A DNA stretch of 64,000 nucleotides from Candidatus Pelethenecus sp. (GCA_045121295.1 JBGVFV010000117.1:5349-69348); one strand, 5' to 3'. Positions 53,518 to 64,000 are shown, counted from the stretch's first letter. Notes: generated by a model not told the origin, from the sequence alone. Program-made: numbers and translations.

Positions 53518-54912
53518 CTAATTTTTAGATTTAATATATTCGTCAATGCTATTAGCTGCAGTTTTACCAGCACCCATAGCTAAAATAACTGTTGCTGCAC
53601 CTGTAACAGCATCTCCACCAGCGTATACTCCTTCTACACTAGTTAATCCATTATCATCAACAATAATTCCGCCCCAAGATTCAGTATTTAATCCTTTTGT
53701 AGTTGATTTAATCAATGGATTAGGTGAAGTTCCTAAAGACATAATAACACAATCAACTTCAACGATAACTTCAGAATCAGGTTTCACAATCGGACGACGT
53801 CTACCTGAAGCATCAGGTTCGCCTAACATCATTTCAACACATTTAATAGCACAAACAGTACCTGTTTCATCGCCAATAATTTCTGTTGGATTTGTTAATG
53901 TTTTAAAAATAATACCTTCTTCAATAGCATGTTCAACTTCTTCTTTACGTGCTGGAAGTTCTGCCATACCACGACGATATACAATATATACATTTTCAGC
54001 ACCTAAACGTAAAGCACATCTAGCAGCGTCCATCGCAACATTACCACCACCAACAACAGCAACATTTTTACTCATCTTAATTGGTGTAGCAGAGTCTTGT
54101 TGATATGCTTTCATTAAATTTACTCTTGTTAAGAATTCATTCGCAGAAAATACACCTTTTAAATTTTCACCTGGAATATTCATAAATTTAGGTAAACCTG
54201 CACCACTACCTATAAATACAGCTTCAAAGCCATATTCTTCTTTAAGTTCATCAATAGATATAGTTCTACCAATAACCATATTTGTTTCTACTTTTACACC
54301 CATAGCTTTTAGTCCATCAATTTCTTTTTGAACTATGTCTTTAGGTAAACGGAATTCAGGGATACCATAAACTAATACACCACCAGCTAAATGTAATGCT
54401 TCAAATATAGTAACATCATAACCTAACTTAGCTAGATCACCAGCACAAGTTAATCCTGAAGGACCAGAACCAATAATCGCCACCTTATGTCCATTACTTT
54501 CTGGCTTAACTGGTAATTCTTTAGTATGATCATTATGCCAATCAGCAACAAATCTTTCTAATCTACCAATAGCAATACTTTCACCTTTAATACCTCTTAC
54601 ACATAAACCTTCACATTGAGATTCTTGTGGACAAACTCTACCACATACTGCAGGTAAACTAGAAGACTTGCTGATAACTTGATAAGCTTCTTCAAAATCA
54701 CCTTTAGCAACAAGTGCAATAAATTCAGGAATATGAATATGTACAGGACAACCACCCATACATTTAGGATTTTTACATTGTAAACAACGCTTAGCTTCAT
54801 CTATAGCAGTTTGTTCATCATAGCCAAGTGCAACTTCATTAAAACACTTGCCGCGTGTTTTAGGATCTAAAGAAGGCATTGGATTTTTATTTAATGACAT
54901 ATTATATTCCAT
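53518..54912 (-). CDS. nfnB: GltD-like NADPH-dependent oxidoreductase beta subunit (NfnB / glutamate synthase small-chain family)
   Basis: 464 aa from the ATG at 54912 (GGAGG upstream). It has Fe-S Cys clusters (CLQCKNPKCMGGCP, CGRVCPQESQCEGLC) and the dinucleotide motifs IIGSGPSGLTCAG and VVGGGNVAMD. Confidence 0.7.
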   Translation of the reverse strand: MEYNMSLNKNPMPSLDPKTRGKCFNEVALGYDEQTAIDEAKRCLQCKNPKCMGGCPVHIHIPEFIALVAKGDFEEAYQVISKSSSLPAVCGRVCPQESQCEGLCVRGIKGESIAIGRLERFVADWHNDHTKELPVKPESNGHKVAIIGSGPSGLTCAGDLAKLGYDVTIFEALHLAGGVLVYGIPEFRLPKDIVQKEIDGLKAMGVKVETNMVIGRTISIDELKEEYGFEAVFIGSGAGLPKFMNIPGENLKGVFSANEFLTRVNLMKAYQQDSATPIKMSKNVAVVGGGNVAMDAARCALRLGAENVYIVYRRGMAELPARKEEVEHAIEEGIIFKTLTNPTEIIGDETGTVCAIKCVEMMLGEPDASGRRRPIVKPDSEVIVEVDCVIMSLGTSPNPLIKSTTKGLNTESWGGIIVDDNGLTSVEGVYAGGDAVTGAATVILAMGAGKTAANSIDEYIKSKN

Positions 54913-54913
54913 A

Positions 54914-55756
54914 TTATTTGGCCTCCTTATTGTATAAATTACAAGCCTCATCTCTTGCGTGTTTTTCAAATTCCAAATAAGATTTACTACGACTAATTGC
55001 CTCATCAAAATCAACTAAGAATCCATCAAAATCAGGACCATCTACACAAGCAAATTTTGTCTTACCACCAACAGTTAATCTACAACCACCACACATACCA
55101 GTACCATCAATCATAATAGGATTCATAGATACAATAGTTTTAATGTTGTGAGGTTTAGTAGTTTCAACAACAAACTTCATCATAATAAGTGGTCCAATTG
55201 CGATTACTTCATCATAGTTTTCACCTGATTCAATTAATCTTTTAAGTGGTGTTGTTACAACACCCTTTTCACCAAATGAACCATCATCTGTCATAACAAA
55301 TAATTTATCAGACACTTGATCAAATTCTTTTTCTAATATAACTAAATCCTTATTTCTAAAACCAATTATAGAATGAACTTCACAACCTAATTCATGTAAT
55401 TTCTTAGCCACTGGATATGCAATAGCACAACCTACTCCACCACCAACTACAGCCACTTTCTTTAAACCTTCTGTATGAGTTGGAACACCTAATGGACCAA
55501 CAAAATCATGAATATAATCATTTTCATTTAAAGCATTCAATTTTATTGTTGAAGCTCCTACAATTTGGAAAATAATAGTAATAGTTCCAGCTTCACGATT
55601 ATAATCAGCAATAGTTAAAGGAATTCTTTCCCCTTTATCATCAACTCTTAAAATAATAAATTGACCTGGCTCTGCCTTTTTAGCAACAAATGGAGCTAAA
55701 ACTTCCATTAATGTAACTGTTGGATTTAAATCTTGTTTTCTAACAATTTTATACAT
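54914..55756 (-). CDS. nfnA: PyrK-like FAD/NAD(P)-binding 2Fe-2S subunit (NfnA-like)
   Basis: 280 aa from the ATG at 55756: MYKIVRKQDLNPTV..., GQFIILRV, and the C-terminal Cys cluster GTGMCGGCR...CVDGP. Confidence 0.7.
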   Translation of the reverse strand: MYKIVRKQDLNPTVTLMEVLAPFVAKKAEPGQFIILRVDDKGERIPLTIADYNREAGTITIIFQIVGASTIKLNALNENDYIHDFVGPLGVPTHTEGLKKVAVVGGGVGCAIAYPVAKKLHELGCEVHSIIGFRNKDLVILEKEFDQVSDKLFVMTDDGSFGEKGVVTTPLKRLIESGENYDEVIAIGPLIMMKFVVETTKPHNIKTIVSMNPIMIDGTGMCGGCRLTVGGKTKFACVDGPDFDGFLVDFDEAISRSKSYLEFEKHARDEACNLYNKEAK

Positions 55757-55772
55757 AATCTTCACTCCATTC

Positions 55773-56762
55773 TTATTTATATGCTTTTCTAATAAGATAA
55801 GCATCAGCTAAAGCAATAGCACAACAAGCTTCTAATACTACTTGAGCTCTTAAAATGATAGCAGCATCATGTCTACCATTTATAACTAATTCACTAACTT
55901 TTTCTTCTTTAAAAGAATAAGTTTTTTGTGGAATACCAATAGATGATGTTGGTTTAACAAATACATTAATATCTAACTCATTACCATTAGATATACCACC
56001 ATTGATTCCGCCATTATTATTTGTTAATGTTTTACCTTTAGAATCAATTATACAATCATTAAATTCACTACCTCTTAATCCTGCACCATCAAATCCTTTT
56101 CCAAAAGAAACACCCTTAACGCCGCCAACAGAGAATAATAAATGTGAAATAGTAGATTCTAATGAATCAAAATAAGGTTCTCCTAAACCAACCTCTAAAC
56201 CATTAACTTTTATATTTACAATACCACCAACACTATCATGTTTTTCTACAACATCTTTTAATACATCTTCGAATTTAGTTGAATCAGTTTCGCCACCTAA
56301 ATTAGTGATAGTTGTATTAAAACTTACACCTTCTAGCATCTTTTTAGCAACAACACCAGCAGCAACAATCCCTAATGTAAGACGACCAGAAAATGATCCA
56401 CCACCACGATAATCTTGATATCCATCATATTTTATTCCTGCAACAAAATCAGCATGAGAAGGTCTTGGTTGAGTAACTAAATTCGAATAATCCTTACTCT
56501 TTGTATTATTATTCAAAAATCTTAACATAATAGCCCCACCAGTTGTATAACCATTAAATACCCCTGATTCAATCATAACTTCATCTGCTTCTATTCTTGG
56601 AGTAGTACCTAGTCCGCCAGACTTACGTCTAGCTAAATCAGCATTAAAATCTTCTATACTTAATTTAATTCCTGGCTTAACTCCATCTAATAAAACTCCT
56701 ACTGAAGAACCATGACTTTCTCCAAATATATTAACTTGAAATAATCTACCTATATGGTTCAT
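55773..56762 (-). CDS. aroC: chorismate synthase
   Basis: FQVNIFGESHGSSVGVLLDG, RPSHADF and GGGSFSGR. Confidence 0.9.
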   Translation of the reverse strand: MNHIGRLFQVNIFGESHGSSVGVLLDGVKPGIKLSIEDFNADLARRKSGGLGTTPRIEADEVMIESGVFNGYTTGGAIMLRFLNNNTKSKDYSNLVTQPRPSHADFVAGIKYDGYQDYRGGGSFSGRLTLGIVAAGVVAKKMLEGVSFNTTITNLGGETDSTKFEDVLKDVVEKHDSVGGIVNIKVNGLEVGLGEPYFDSLESTISHLLFSVGGVKGVSFGKGFDGAGLRGSEFNDCIIDSKGKTLTNNNGGINGGISNGNELDINVFVKPTSSIGIPQKTYSFKEEKVSELVINGRHDAAIILRAQVVLEACCAIALADAYLIRKAYK

Positions 56763-56770
56763 AATTCCAC

Positions 56771-57523
56771 CTACATTCTCTTAATCAATTCATTTATATC
56801 TAAATCAATGGTTTTATTTTGCCAAATCTCTTCAGCCTTAAATGCTTGTAAAATAAGCATATATAATCCATTAATCTCACTATTAGCCAATTCTAATAAT
56901 TTAGTAATTTTAGGATTAGCTATAATATCAATGACAACATTACTATTATTAATAACATCTTTACTAACAGGACAAGCATCTATATTAGGATACATACCTA
57001 CAGGCGTAGTATTGACTAATATATCTATTTTTTTATCCTTTAATTCATCATAACTAATAACATCATCTTTAGGACTTCTAGACACAAATGTAACATTACC
57101 GCCAAAATCTTTTAAAACTGATTTGATGGCTAAACTAGCACCACCTGTACCTAAAACATAACAATCCTTATTATTAACATCAACATTATAATATTCTAAT
57201 GTCTTTAAAAAACCATCATAATCTGTATTAGTACCAATAATCTTATTATCCTTAACATAAATAGTATTAACACTACCAATTCTTAATGCCTTCTCATCAA
57301 TAATATCTAAATATTGCATAATAGCTTTTTTATAAGGAATAGTAACATTAAGTCCACTATATACACCTTGTCTAACAAGATTAATATATCTAGCTAATTC
57401 TTCTTCCTTACATTCAATTAATTCATATGATGCATTTATATTTAATTTTTTAAAAACATAATCATGTATAATAGGTGAATAACTATGTGATAACTTTTCA
57501 CCCAATAATCCATATTTTTTCAA
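56771..57523 (-). CDS. aroE: shikimate dehydrogenase
   Basis: TTG start. Motifs: GLLGEKLSHSYSPIIHD, NVTIPYK and VLGTGGAS. Confidence 0.85.
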   Translation of the reverse strand: MKKYGLLGEKLSHSYSPIIHDYVFKKLNINASYELIECKEEELARYINLVRQGVYSGLNVTIPYKKAIMQYLDIIDEKALRIGSVNTIYVKDNKIIGTNTDYDGFLKTLEYYNVDVNNKDCYVLGTGGASLAIKSVLKDFGGNVTFVSRSPKDDVISYDELKDKKIDILVNTTPVGMYPNIDACPVSKDVINNSNVVIDIIANPKITKLLELANSEINGLYMLILQAFKAEEIWQNKTIDLDINELIKRM

Positions 57524-57790
57524 TTAAATCAAATCCTTTTGATAATCCTTAGAAGCAGTTAATACTCCTTCTAAAAATGTTAAATAATATTTTTCTAATT
57601 CCTTATCATTTAAATAATTAACATTCTTATTAATTAAAGCTTCTTCTCTAGCCTTATCTAAAACAGGTAAATTATTTTCCTTTTTATGTTCAGCTACCAT
57701 TTTAGAAGCTTGCATTCTCTTTTTAAATAATTCAATCATCTCTAGATCAACTTCATTAATAATTAATCTAGCCTCTTCTAACTTATTCAA
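57524..57790 (-). CDS. chorismate mutase (AroQ type)
   Basis: LEEARLIINEVDLEMIELFKKRMQASKMVAEHKKENNLPVLDKAREE. The start is uncertain. I prefer the TTG at 57790, 11 nt after GGAGG. The track ORF extends to 57862, deep inside aroA. Confidence 0.7.
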   Translation of the reverse strand: MNKLEEARLIINEVDLEMIELFKKRMQASKMVAEHKKENNLPVLDKAREEALINKNVNYLNDKELEKYYLTFLEGVLTASKDYQKDLI

Positions 57791-59048
57791 AATCAACACT
57801 TCCTCCAAGCTTAATGTAATCTTCCCAGAAATGTGGGTATGATTTAGATACACATTCAGCATTTAATATTTTAACATCACCATTTGACACACTTGCCGCC
57901 ATAGCTAAAGCCATCGCAATTCTATGATCATTATGTGAATCAACTACACAACCTTTTAACTCTTTAACACCATTAATAGTCATAGTATCATAAGTCTCGG
58001 TTATACTAGCTCCCATTTTATTTAATTCTTCTAACATACATGTAATTCTATCACATTCTTTAATTCTTAAACGTGAAGCATTAACAAAATGTGATGTACC
58101 TTCTGATAAACTTGCTAAAACAGTTAATGCTGGACCTAAATCAGGAGATTGTGAAAAATCAATTGTAGAACCAATAGTGTCACTAGGATTACATTTTAAT
58201 ACTCCATTAATAAATGTAACATCCCCATTCATAGATTTAATATCTTCAATTATTTTTTTATCTCCTTGTAATGAATATTCCTTCATACCTAAAAGATTAA
58301 TATCATTACCTAAAGCCCCACCAACTAAATAAAAGGCCGTTTGTGAATAATCACCTTCAACTGTATAATTATTAGGTTTATATTTTTGATTACCTTCAAT
58401 AATAAATTCTTTATAATTATTGTTAATAACCTTAATACCAAAATCTTTTAAAACATCTAATGTAAGATCTATATAACCAATAGATTCCATATTTGTTGTT
58501 ATAACTATCTTAGAATCCCCATCTAACAAAGGAAGTGCATATAACAATCCTGTTATAAATTGAGAAGAAATATCTCCTCTCATTTCATAAATACCACTCT
58601 TTAAACCACCATTAACATGTAATGGTAAATAAGCATCTGTAGGATGAGTATATTTAATTCCTAACTTATCAAATATTTCAAAATAAGAATCTAAAGGTCT
58701 ATTAACTAAATGATTCTTTCCACTAAATGTAATAGGTTCACTTGAAACTAACGCAATAGGAATCATAAATCTAATAGTTGATCCAGATTCATTCGCATCA
58801 ATTAAATCTCCTACTCTTTTTATTTTACTACCTGTAATATAAAGAGTATTTCCTTCTTTTACCACCTTAGCACCTAAAGCTTCCATAGCCCCAATAGTTG
58901 CATTAATATCTTTAGAAAAACTAATATTAGAAATAACACTTTCTCCTTCTGCTAAACATGCAGCAATAATAGCTCTATGAGATAATGATTTAGATGGTGG
59001 TATTATTACATCACCTTTTAATTTTTTTGGATGAATTACTACATTCAT
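57783..59048 (-). CDS. aroA: 3-phosphoshikimate 1-carboxyvinyltransferase (EPSP synthase)
   Basis: LKGDVIIPPSKSLSHRAIIAA, ESGSTIRF and DHRIAMALAMA. Confidence 0.9.
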   Translation of the reverse strand: MNVVIHPKKLKGDVIIPPSKSLSHRAIIAACLAEGESVISNISFSKDINATIGAMEALGAKVVKEGNTLYITGSKIKRVGDLIDANESGSTIRFMIPIALVSSEPITFSGKNHLVNRPLDSYFEIFDKLGIKYTHPTDAYLPLHVNGGLKSGIYEMRGDISSQFITGLLYALPLLDGDSKIVITTNMESIGYIDLTLDVLKDFGIKVINNNYKEFIIEGNQKYKPNNYTVEGDYSQTAFYLVGGALGNDINLLGMKEYSLQGDKKIIEDIKSMNGDVTFINGVLKCNPSDTIGSTIDFSQSPDLGPALTVLASLSEGTSHFVNASRLRIKECDRITCMLEELNKMGASITETYDTMTINGVKELKGCVVDSHNDHRIAMALAMAASVSNGDVKILNAECVSKSYPHFWEDYIKLGGSVDFE

Positions 59049-60064
59049 ACTAAATCATCCTCCTTAATCTTATAAGAAAAAGCATTACCAATTTTATCAA
59101 CTAAAATAAAATTAACTGTACCTGCTAAATTCTTTTTATCATATAAAGTTTCCTTCAAATATTCTTTATAATCTATGTCATAAACAGGTAAATCATATAA
59201 CTCTAAGACTTGCTTAACATCTTCATAAATAGATTTATCAGTAAGTCCTAAATCAATACCAAACTTAATAGCCATAAGCATACCAACACTAACAGCTTCA
59301 CCATGCTTAAGATTCATCTTAAGTTCAATTGAGTGACCGAAAGTATGACCAAAATTTAATAACATTCTTTCTTTTTGATCATAAGGATCTAATTCAACAA
59401 CTCTCTTTTTAACAACTAAACTTTCATAAATAACATCTTCATTTATTTCTACTTTGTTTAATAAACTATCAAATAAACATTTATTACCAATAACAGCATG
59501 TTTAATTAATTCACCCATACCATTATTAAATTCTCTTTTATCTAATGTTTTATGAGTAAGTGGATCAATTAATACTAATGAAGGTTGTTTAAAACATCCA
59601 ATAATATTTTTTCTACCATAAAAATCAATTCCTGTTTTACCACCAATAGATGAATCCATTTGACTAAGTAAAGATGTTGGAATACCTACATAAGGTAATC
59701 CACGATATAAAGTTGCAGCTACAAAACCTACTAAATCTCCAATTACTCCTCCACCTAACGCAATCAATAATTCATTACGGCGAATATTCTTTTCTAATAA
59801 CTGTTCACAAACACTCGTATAAACGCTTAAACATTTAGATTCTTCACCAGCAGGAACAACTACATAATCTACAATAAAATCTTCTTCTTTTAAAGACTTT
59901 AATAATTGGTCTAAATATAACTTTTCAACATTTGTATCTGTGATAATATATACTTTTTTATTTTCATAGATTTGCTTAATATATCCTGCAGCACGTTTAA
60001 TAATTCCAGGATTAATATAAATATCATAAGCCCCATCTTTTAAAGAAATATTAAGTCTTCTCAC
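59045..60064 (-). CDS. aroB: 3-dehydroquinate synthase
   Basis: GTG start overlapping the tyrA stop. Motifs: GGGVIGDLVGFVAAT, GHTFGHSIE and HGEAVSVGM. Confidence 0.9.
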   Translation of the reverse strand: MRRLNISLKDGAYDIYINPGIIKRAAGYIKQIYENKKVYIITDTNVEKLYLDQLLKSLKEEDFIVDYVVVPAGEESKCLSVYTSVCEQLLEKNIRRNELLIALGGGVIGDLVGFVAATLYRGLPYVGIPTSLLSQMDSSIGGKTGIDFYGRKNIIGCFKQPSLVLIDPLTHKTLDKREFNNGMGELIKHAVIGNKCLFDSLLNKVEINEDVIYESLVVKKRVVELDPYDQKERMLLNFGHTFGHSIELKMNLKHGEAVSVGMLMAIKFGIDLGLTDKSIYEDVKQVLELYDLPVYDIDYKEYLKETLYDKKNLAGTVNFILVDKIGNAFSYKIKEDDLV

Positions 60065-60891
60065 TTTTCCATCTTCTTTCTAATAATTGTTGAGTTTTTG
60101 AATAACTCATTTAACTTATCTTTATCATTATTTTTTAAAGCTTCTTTTAATACATTTAATTCATCTTCAAAACTTTCTATATGAGATAATAATTCATTCT
60201 TATTTTCTAAAAATAATTCACTCCATAACTTTTCATTAATCATCGCAATTCTTGTTAAATCACGATATGAATCACCTATAAAACTCTTTGTTTCACTATC
60301 ATGATCACTATTAACTAAAGATACCGCAATAGCATGTGTTAATTGTGATGTAAAACCAATCATTTTATCATGACGTTCTGGAGTTATAACTGTAATTCTT
60401 CCAAAATTTAAATCACTACCAATATTCTTTAATAAATCAATTGCAAATTCAGGAGTATTTGCAATTGGAGTAATTAAAAAGTTAGCTCCTTCAAAAATTC
60501 TATTATCAGAATATTCTATACCTATCTTTTCTTTACCTGCCATAGGATGATGTGATAAATATACTGCTTCCCCAGATAGCAACGCTGCTTTAGATACAAA
60601 AGATGTTTTAATACCACAAACATCTGTAATAACTTGATTTTTATTAAAATAATGATTATTTTCACTTAAGAAATTTAAAATAGATTGAGGATATATAGCT
60701 AATATTATTAAATCCATTTGACTTAAAATAGAATAATCATTTACTGTACCATCTTTAATATACCCATTTTCAATAGCATAATTAATTGCATCTATATTTT
60801 TATCAATACCATAAACTTCATGATTCTTTTTAGAAAGTCCCATTGCATATGAACCACCAATCAAACCTAAACCTACAATACAAATTTTCAT
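60061..60891 (-). CDS. tyrA: prephenate dehydrogenase
   Basis: MKICIVGLGLIGGSYA, HPMAGKE, and its position in the aro operon. Confidence 0.85.
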   Translation of the reverse strand: MKICIVGLGLIGGSYAMGLSKKNHEVYGIDKNIDAINYAIENGYIKDGTVNDYSILSQMDLIILAIYPQSILNFLSENNHYFNKNQVITDVCGIKTSFVSKAALLSGEAVYLSHHPMAGKEKIGIEYSDNRIFEGANFLITPIANTPEFAIDLLKNIGSDLNFGRITVITPERHDKMIGFTSQLTHAIAVSLVNSDHDSETKSFIGDSYRDLTRIAMINEKLWSELFLENKNELLSHIESFEDELNVLKEALKNNDKDKLNELFKNSTIIRKKMEK

Positions 60892-61008
60892 AAAAAATCT
60901 ATCCTTTCAAAAGATTATTTTTAAATAATCTTATTTATTAAAACACTTATTTTTTATTTTATCATTTTTTATTAATAAATAGAATATTTTTCTTATTTTT
61001 CTAGAAAA

Positions 61009-61035
61009 ATAAAGAAAAAACGAGTAAAACTCGTT
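61009..61035 (-). terminator. Rho-independent terminator after ABC exporter pair
   Basis: AACGAGT-aaa-ACTCGTT with a minus-strand T-run; it overlaps the stop codon. Confidence 0.65.
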
Positions 61036-62804
61036 TATTTCTTATTTAATCCTTCAAATTGTGAATCATACATATCCTTATAAACTAAACAATTCTCATA
61101 TAGATAATGATGACTTCCCTTACCAACTATTTTACCATGATCTAAAACAACAATTTCATCAGCATCTTTAATAGTTGATAAACGGTGAGCGATAATAAAA
61201 GTAGTTCTACCCTTAGCAACCACATCCATAGCGTGTTTTATTCTTTCTTCTGTTTGGCTATCGATATTAGCAGTTGCTTCATCTAAAACTATAATCTTAG
61301 GTTTTCTAAGTAAGATTCTAGCAAATGACAATAATTGTTTTTCACCTAAAGATAAGTTTTCACCTTTAAATGAAACAGGTGTATAAATACCTAATTCATT
61401 TTTACTAAGCATATATCCAGCACCAACTTCATTAATAACATCGATTACTTCTTCGTCACTATATTCTCTTTCCATAGTAACATTAGACTTAATCGTACCA
61501 GCAAATAAAGCTGGATTTTGTAAAACTATTCCTAAGTTTTTACGATATGAGGCTTTATTATAAGTTTTAATATCTACATCATCAACTAATAATTCGCCTT
61601 CTTGATAATCATTATATCCTAATAATAAATTCATTAATGAAGACTTACCACTACCAGTATGACCTACAATACCAATTTTCTTACCAGCTGGCACATGTAA
61701 AGTGACATCATCTAAAACATAATTATCACCTACATAAGCAAATCTAATATTTTTAAAATGTACATCTCCATTTATTTCTTTTGGTGCTTCTAAACCATCT
61801 AGTACTCTAGTATCATTTTCTGAATCAATAAACATGAATACACGATTTGAGGCAACTAATGAATCCTCAAGTTCATTTAAGTTATTAAATATCGCATCAA
61901 TTGGATGAATCATTTTATCAAGATATGATGTAAATGTTGTGATTAAACCTACTGTAACTAAAACTCCACCAACTTGACAAGCTTCAAAGCCTAAATAGAA
62001 TAATATACCTAATTCAGCTATTCTTTTTAAAATTAATAATAATTCCCAACCAAAATAAATATTTATAGTGTTAGCTTTAACATCATTACTGTTATAACGG
62101 TTAACTAATTCTTCATATTCACCAAGCATATTCTCTTCTTGATTAAAATCTTGAATGATTAAAGCTCCACTAATAAGTTCATTAAGTTTACCAGTAATTC
62201 TAGAACCTGTTTCTCTTAATTCTAAATAATAAAATCTTACTTTTCTTCTATATACTGTTATCCAAACTAAAATTAATGGTACTATAGCTAGTACTATTAA
62301 ACCTAATACAGGTTCTAATATGATTAAACCAACATATACAGAAACAATATTAACTAACGCATTCATTATTGAATACATTGTCATATAGAAAGTTCTAACA
62401 CCACTACTATCAGAAGTGATTTTAGCAACAATCTTACCATCTGGTTCTAAAGAATAATAATCAACAGGTAAATAATCTATCTTACGTATAGCTTTTTCTC
62501 TAACATTTCTTTCAATATTCATCCCTGTTAATGTTTGGAAATATTGTAAGAAATATCTCATCAACACCATAACAACAGTAATTACACCAAATATAACTAA
62601 ATATTTGATTATAGATTCCATATCCTTATTTGGAATATGAACATCTATTATTTCTTTTGTGATTAAAGGTGTAACTGTATTTAATAAAGCAGTTGAAATA
62701 GATAATATAATTGTAACAATAACTAACTTCCATTCCTTTAAAATAAATGGCATAGTCTTTTTGAATAATTGACCTTTAGTATAAGTATCTTTAACTTTAT
62801 TCAT
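61035..62804 (-). CDS. ABC exporter, fused permease/ATPase (MsbA/LmrA type)
   Basis: It has 6 TM spans, Walker A GHTGSGKSS, signature LSLGEKQ and Walker B IIVLDEAT. The ATG at 62804 is preferred; the track starts at the GTG at 62813. Confidence 0.85.
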   Translation of the reverse strand: MNKVKDTYTKGQLFKKTMPFILKEWKLVIVTIILSISTALLNTVTPLITKEIIDVHIPNKDMESIIKYLVIFGVITVVMVLMRYFLQYFQTLTGMNIERNVREKAIRKIDYLPVDYYSLEPDGKIVAKITSDSSGVRTFYMTMYSIMNALVNIVSVYVGLIILEPVLGLIVLAIVPLILVWITVYRRKVRFYYLELRETGSRITGKLNELISGALIIQDFNQEENMLGEYEELVNRYNSNDVKANTINIYFGWELLLILKRIAELGILFYLGFEACQVGGVLVTVGLITTFTSYLDKMIHPIDAIFNNLNELEDSLVASNRVFMFIDSENDTRVLDGLEAPKEINGDVHFKNIRFAYVGDNYVLDDVTLHVPAGKKIGIVGHTGSGKSSLMNLLLGYNDYQEGELLVDDVDIKTYNKASYRKNLGIVLQNPALFAGTIKSNVTMEREYSDEEVIDVINEVGAGYMLSKNELGIYTPVSFKGENLSLGEKQLLSFARILLRKPKIIVLDEATANIDSQTEERIKHAMDVVAKGRTTFIIAHRLSTIKDADEIVVLDHGKIVGKGSHHYLYENCLVYKDMYDSQFEGLNKK

Positions 62805-64000
62805 TAGACTCACCTTCTTCCATTTGTTGAGCTATGAATTGTTCATAATACCAACCTTTTAATTTCATAAGTTCATCATGTGTGCCACGTTCAACTATTT
62901 CGCCTTCACTTAATACGATAATTAAGTCAGCGTGCATAACTGCTGATAATCTATGAGCTACAATGATATTAGTTTTATCATCACGATAATTCTTTAAAGA
63001 TTTAATAATATTTGATTCTGTTTTACCGTCTACAGCTGATAATGAATCATCCATAATCAATACATCTGCATCCTTTAAAAACGCTCTAGCTATAGCTAAT
63101 CTTTGTTTTTGGCCACCAGATAATGTTACACCATATTCACCAACAATAGTATCATAACCATCATTAAGCATTTCAATATCCTTAGCAAAATCAGCTAACT
63201 CTACAGCCTTATTTACTTCTTCTATTGTGGCGTCACTATCACCAATTAATACATTTTTTAACACACTTCTAGAGAACAACATATGTTCTTGTGGAACATA
63301 ACTTACATGTTTTCTAACATGTTCTTGATCATATGATTCTATTTCAATTCCATTTAAATAAACTGTTCCCTCATCAATAGGTAATTGACGTACCAATTGA
63401 CGTACTAAAGTAGATTTACCAGAACCTGTTTTACCAACAATACCTAAAGTTTCACCTTCATTAATTTTTAATGAAATATTCTTTAAAGTATAGTGTTCAT
63501 CACCAAGATATTTAAAAGAGAAATTCTTAAATTCTATTGATGATATTTCATTGACAGGTTTATCATCTAAATCAACAACCTTACTCTTTGAATCATAAAT
63601 CTCATTAAGTCTATCAGCAGAAATTAATGATTGATAGAAGTTATTAATCATATTACCAATCTTAGTTAATGGTCCTTGGAATAAATTTAAATAAATAACA
63701 AATTGAGCTAATTCAGGAATAGTTATATATTCTTTAATATAGAAATACCCACCTAATCCATAAGCTAAAATTTGGGCAACAGCAACAATAGATTGAAACA
63801 TCGGGAAAAATAAAACATTAATCTTTAAATTTTTCTTTTCAATATCATAAGTTTCTTTTGAATATTTTAAATTCTTTTGATAGTTTTCTTCTTCTTTTGT
63901 ATAAGCTCTAATAGTTCTAACATTAGTAATACTTTCTAAAATAACATTACCCATTTCAGATGACTTTTCTCTAACCATCTTCCAGTTTCGTTTAACTTTA
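62797..64000 (-). CDS. ABC exporter, fused permease/ATPase; N-terminus beyond window
   Basis: The reading frame stays open upstream of the track start at 63978, up to the window edge. Motifs: GKTGSGKST, LSGGQKQR and LIMDDSLSAVD. Confidence 0.85.
   Translation of the reverse strand, partial: KVKRNWKMVREKSSEMGNVILESITNVRTIRAYTKEEENYQKNLKYSKETYDIEKKNLKINVLFFPMFQSIVAVAQILAYGLGGYFYIKEYITIPELAQFVIYLNLFQGPLTKIGNMINNFYQSLISADRLNEIYDSKSKVVDLDDKPVNEISSIEFKNFSFKYLGDEHYTLKNISLKINEGETLGIVGKTGSGKSTLVRQLVRQLPIDEGTVYLNGIEIESYDQEHVRKHVSYVPQEHMLFSRSVLKNVLIGDSDATIEEVNKAVELADFAKDIEMLNDGYDTIVGEYGVTLSGGQKQRLAIARAFLKDADVLIMDDSLSAVDGKTESNIIKSLKNYRDDKTNIIVAHRLSAVMHADLIIVLSEGEIVERGTHDELMKLKGWYYEQFIAQQMEEGESNE

Noticed and set aside
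53546-54103. 185-aa plus-strand ORF (the longest of many plus-strand ORFs in the track, e.g. 914..1219, 6770..7006, 36826..37227, 45501..45719)
   Set aside because: It lies antisense inside a minus-strand gene with clear GltD/NfnB motifs. Its sequence is low-complexity Ala/Ser/Thr/Pro/Ile, it has no RBS and no recognisable motif. The same reasoning applies to the other short plus-strand ORFs.
54913-55014. N-terminal extension of the GltD-like ORF (and 55757..55804 for the NfnA-like ORF, 49332..49481 for the half-HsdS, 49747..49815, 52288..52317)
   Set aside because: The extensions overlap upstream genes and lack an RBS, while internal ATGs have GGAGG-type sites at proper spacing.
57791-57862. 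N-terminal extension of the chorismate mutase ORF reaching 80 nt into aroA
   Set aside because: The extension (MLNVYLNHTHISGKITLSLEEVLI) has no counterpart in AroQ mutases. A TTG with GGAGG spacing at the aroA stop is more plausible. The exact start remains uncertain.
60061-60064. Possible Mollicutes-type code (TGA = Trp), given the very low GC
   Set aside because: TGA terminates well-conserved genes at the expected length (e.g. tyrA ...RKKMEK-TGA). Trp is encoded by TGG throughout, so the standard bacterial code fits.

Overview
AT-rich, low-GC Gram-positive (Bacillota-like) chromosomal window with standard genetic code. All credible genes but one lie on the minus strand. Core left flank (1..7983): a sugar ABC permease, a Ktr/Trk potassium-uptake operon, an MsmK-type ABC ATPase, and the 3' part of murC. 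Core right flank (52580..64000): the 5' part of murC, a guanylate-kinase-like gene, an NfnAB-like oxidoreductase pair, an aro/tyrA operon and two ABC exporter genes. Between them lies a 44.6-kb integrated element (7985..52597) that splits murC inside its P-loop codons. Both junctions can be read directly, and the reconstructed attP is an imperfect palindrome, as expected for a large serine recombinase. The element carries: (i) a 2.6-kb leftmost segment bounded by a duplicated element terminus and a recombinase-gene remnant; (ii) three large serine recombinases plus XRE regulators and an AAA_25-type ATPase; (iii) a rolling-circle Rep_trans / UvrD-helicase replication module; (iv) a run of secreted, C-terminally anchored proteins plus a membrane P-loop NTPase, arranged like a filamentous-phage morphogenesis block; (v) a defence-type cargo. 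The cargo is a type I R-M operon with two hsdM paralogues (one fused to an ADP-ribosylglycohydrolase domain), two full hsdS genes, a tyrosine recombinase, a silent hsdS cassette, hsdR and a large ImmA/IrrE-HTH fusion. It is followed by an orphan HsdM-like protein with a degenerate catalytic motif plus a half-HsdS, and two unknown proteins. All function calls come from motif recognition by eye; no database search was possible.
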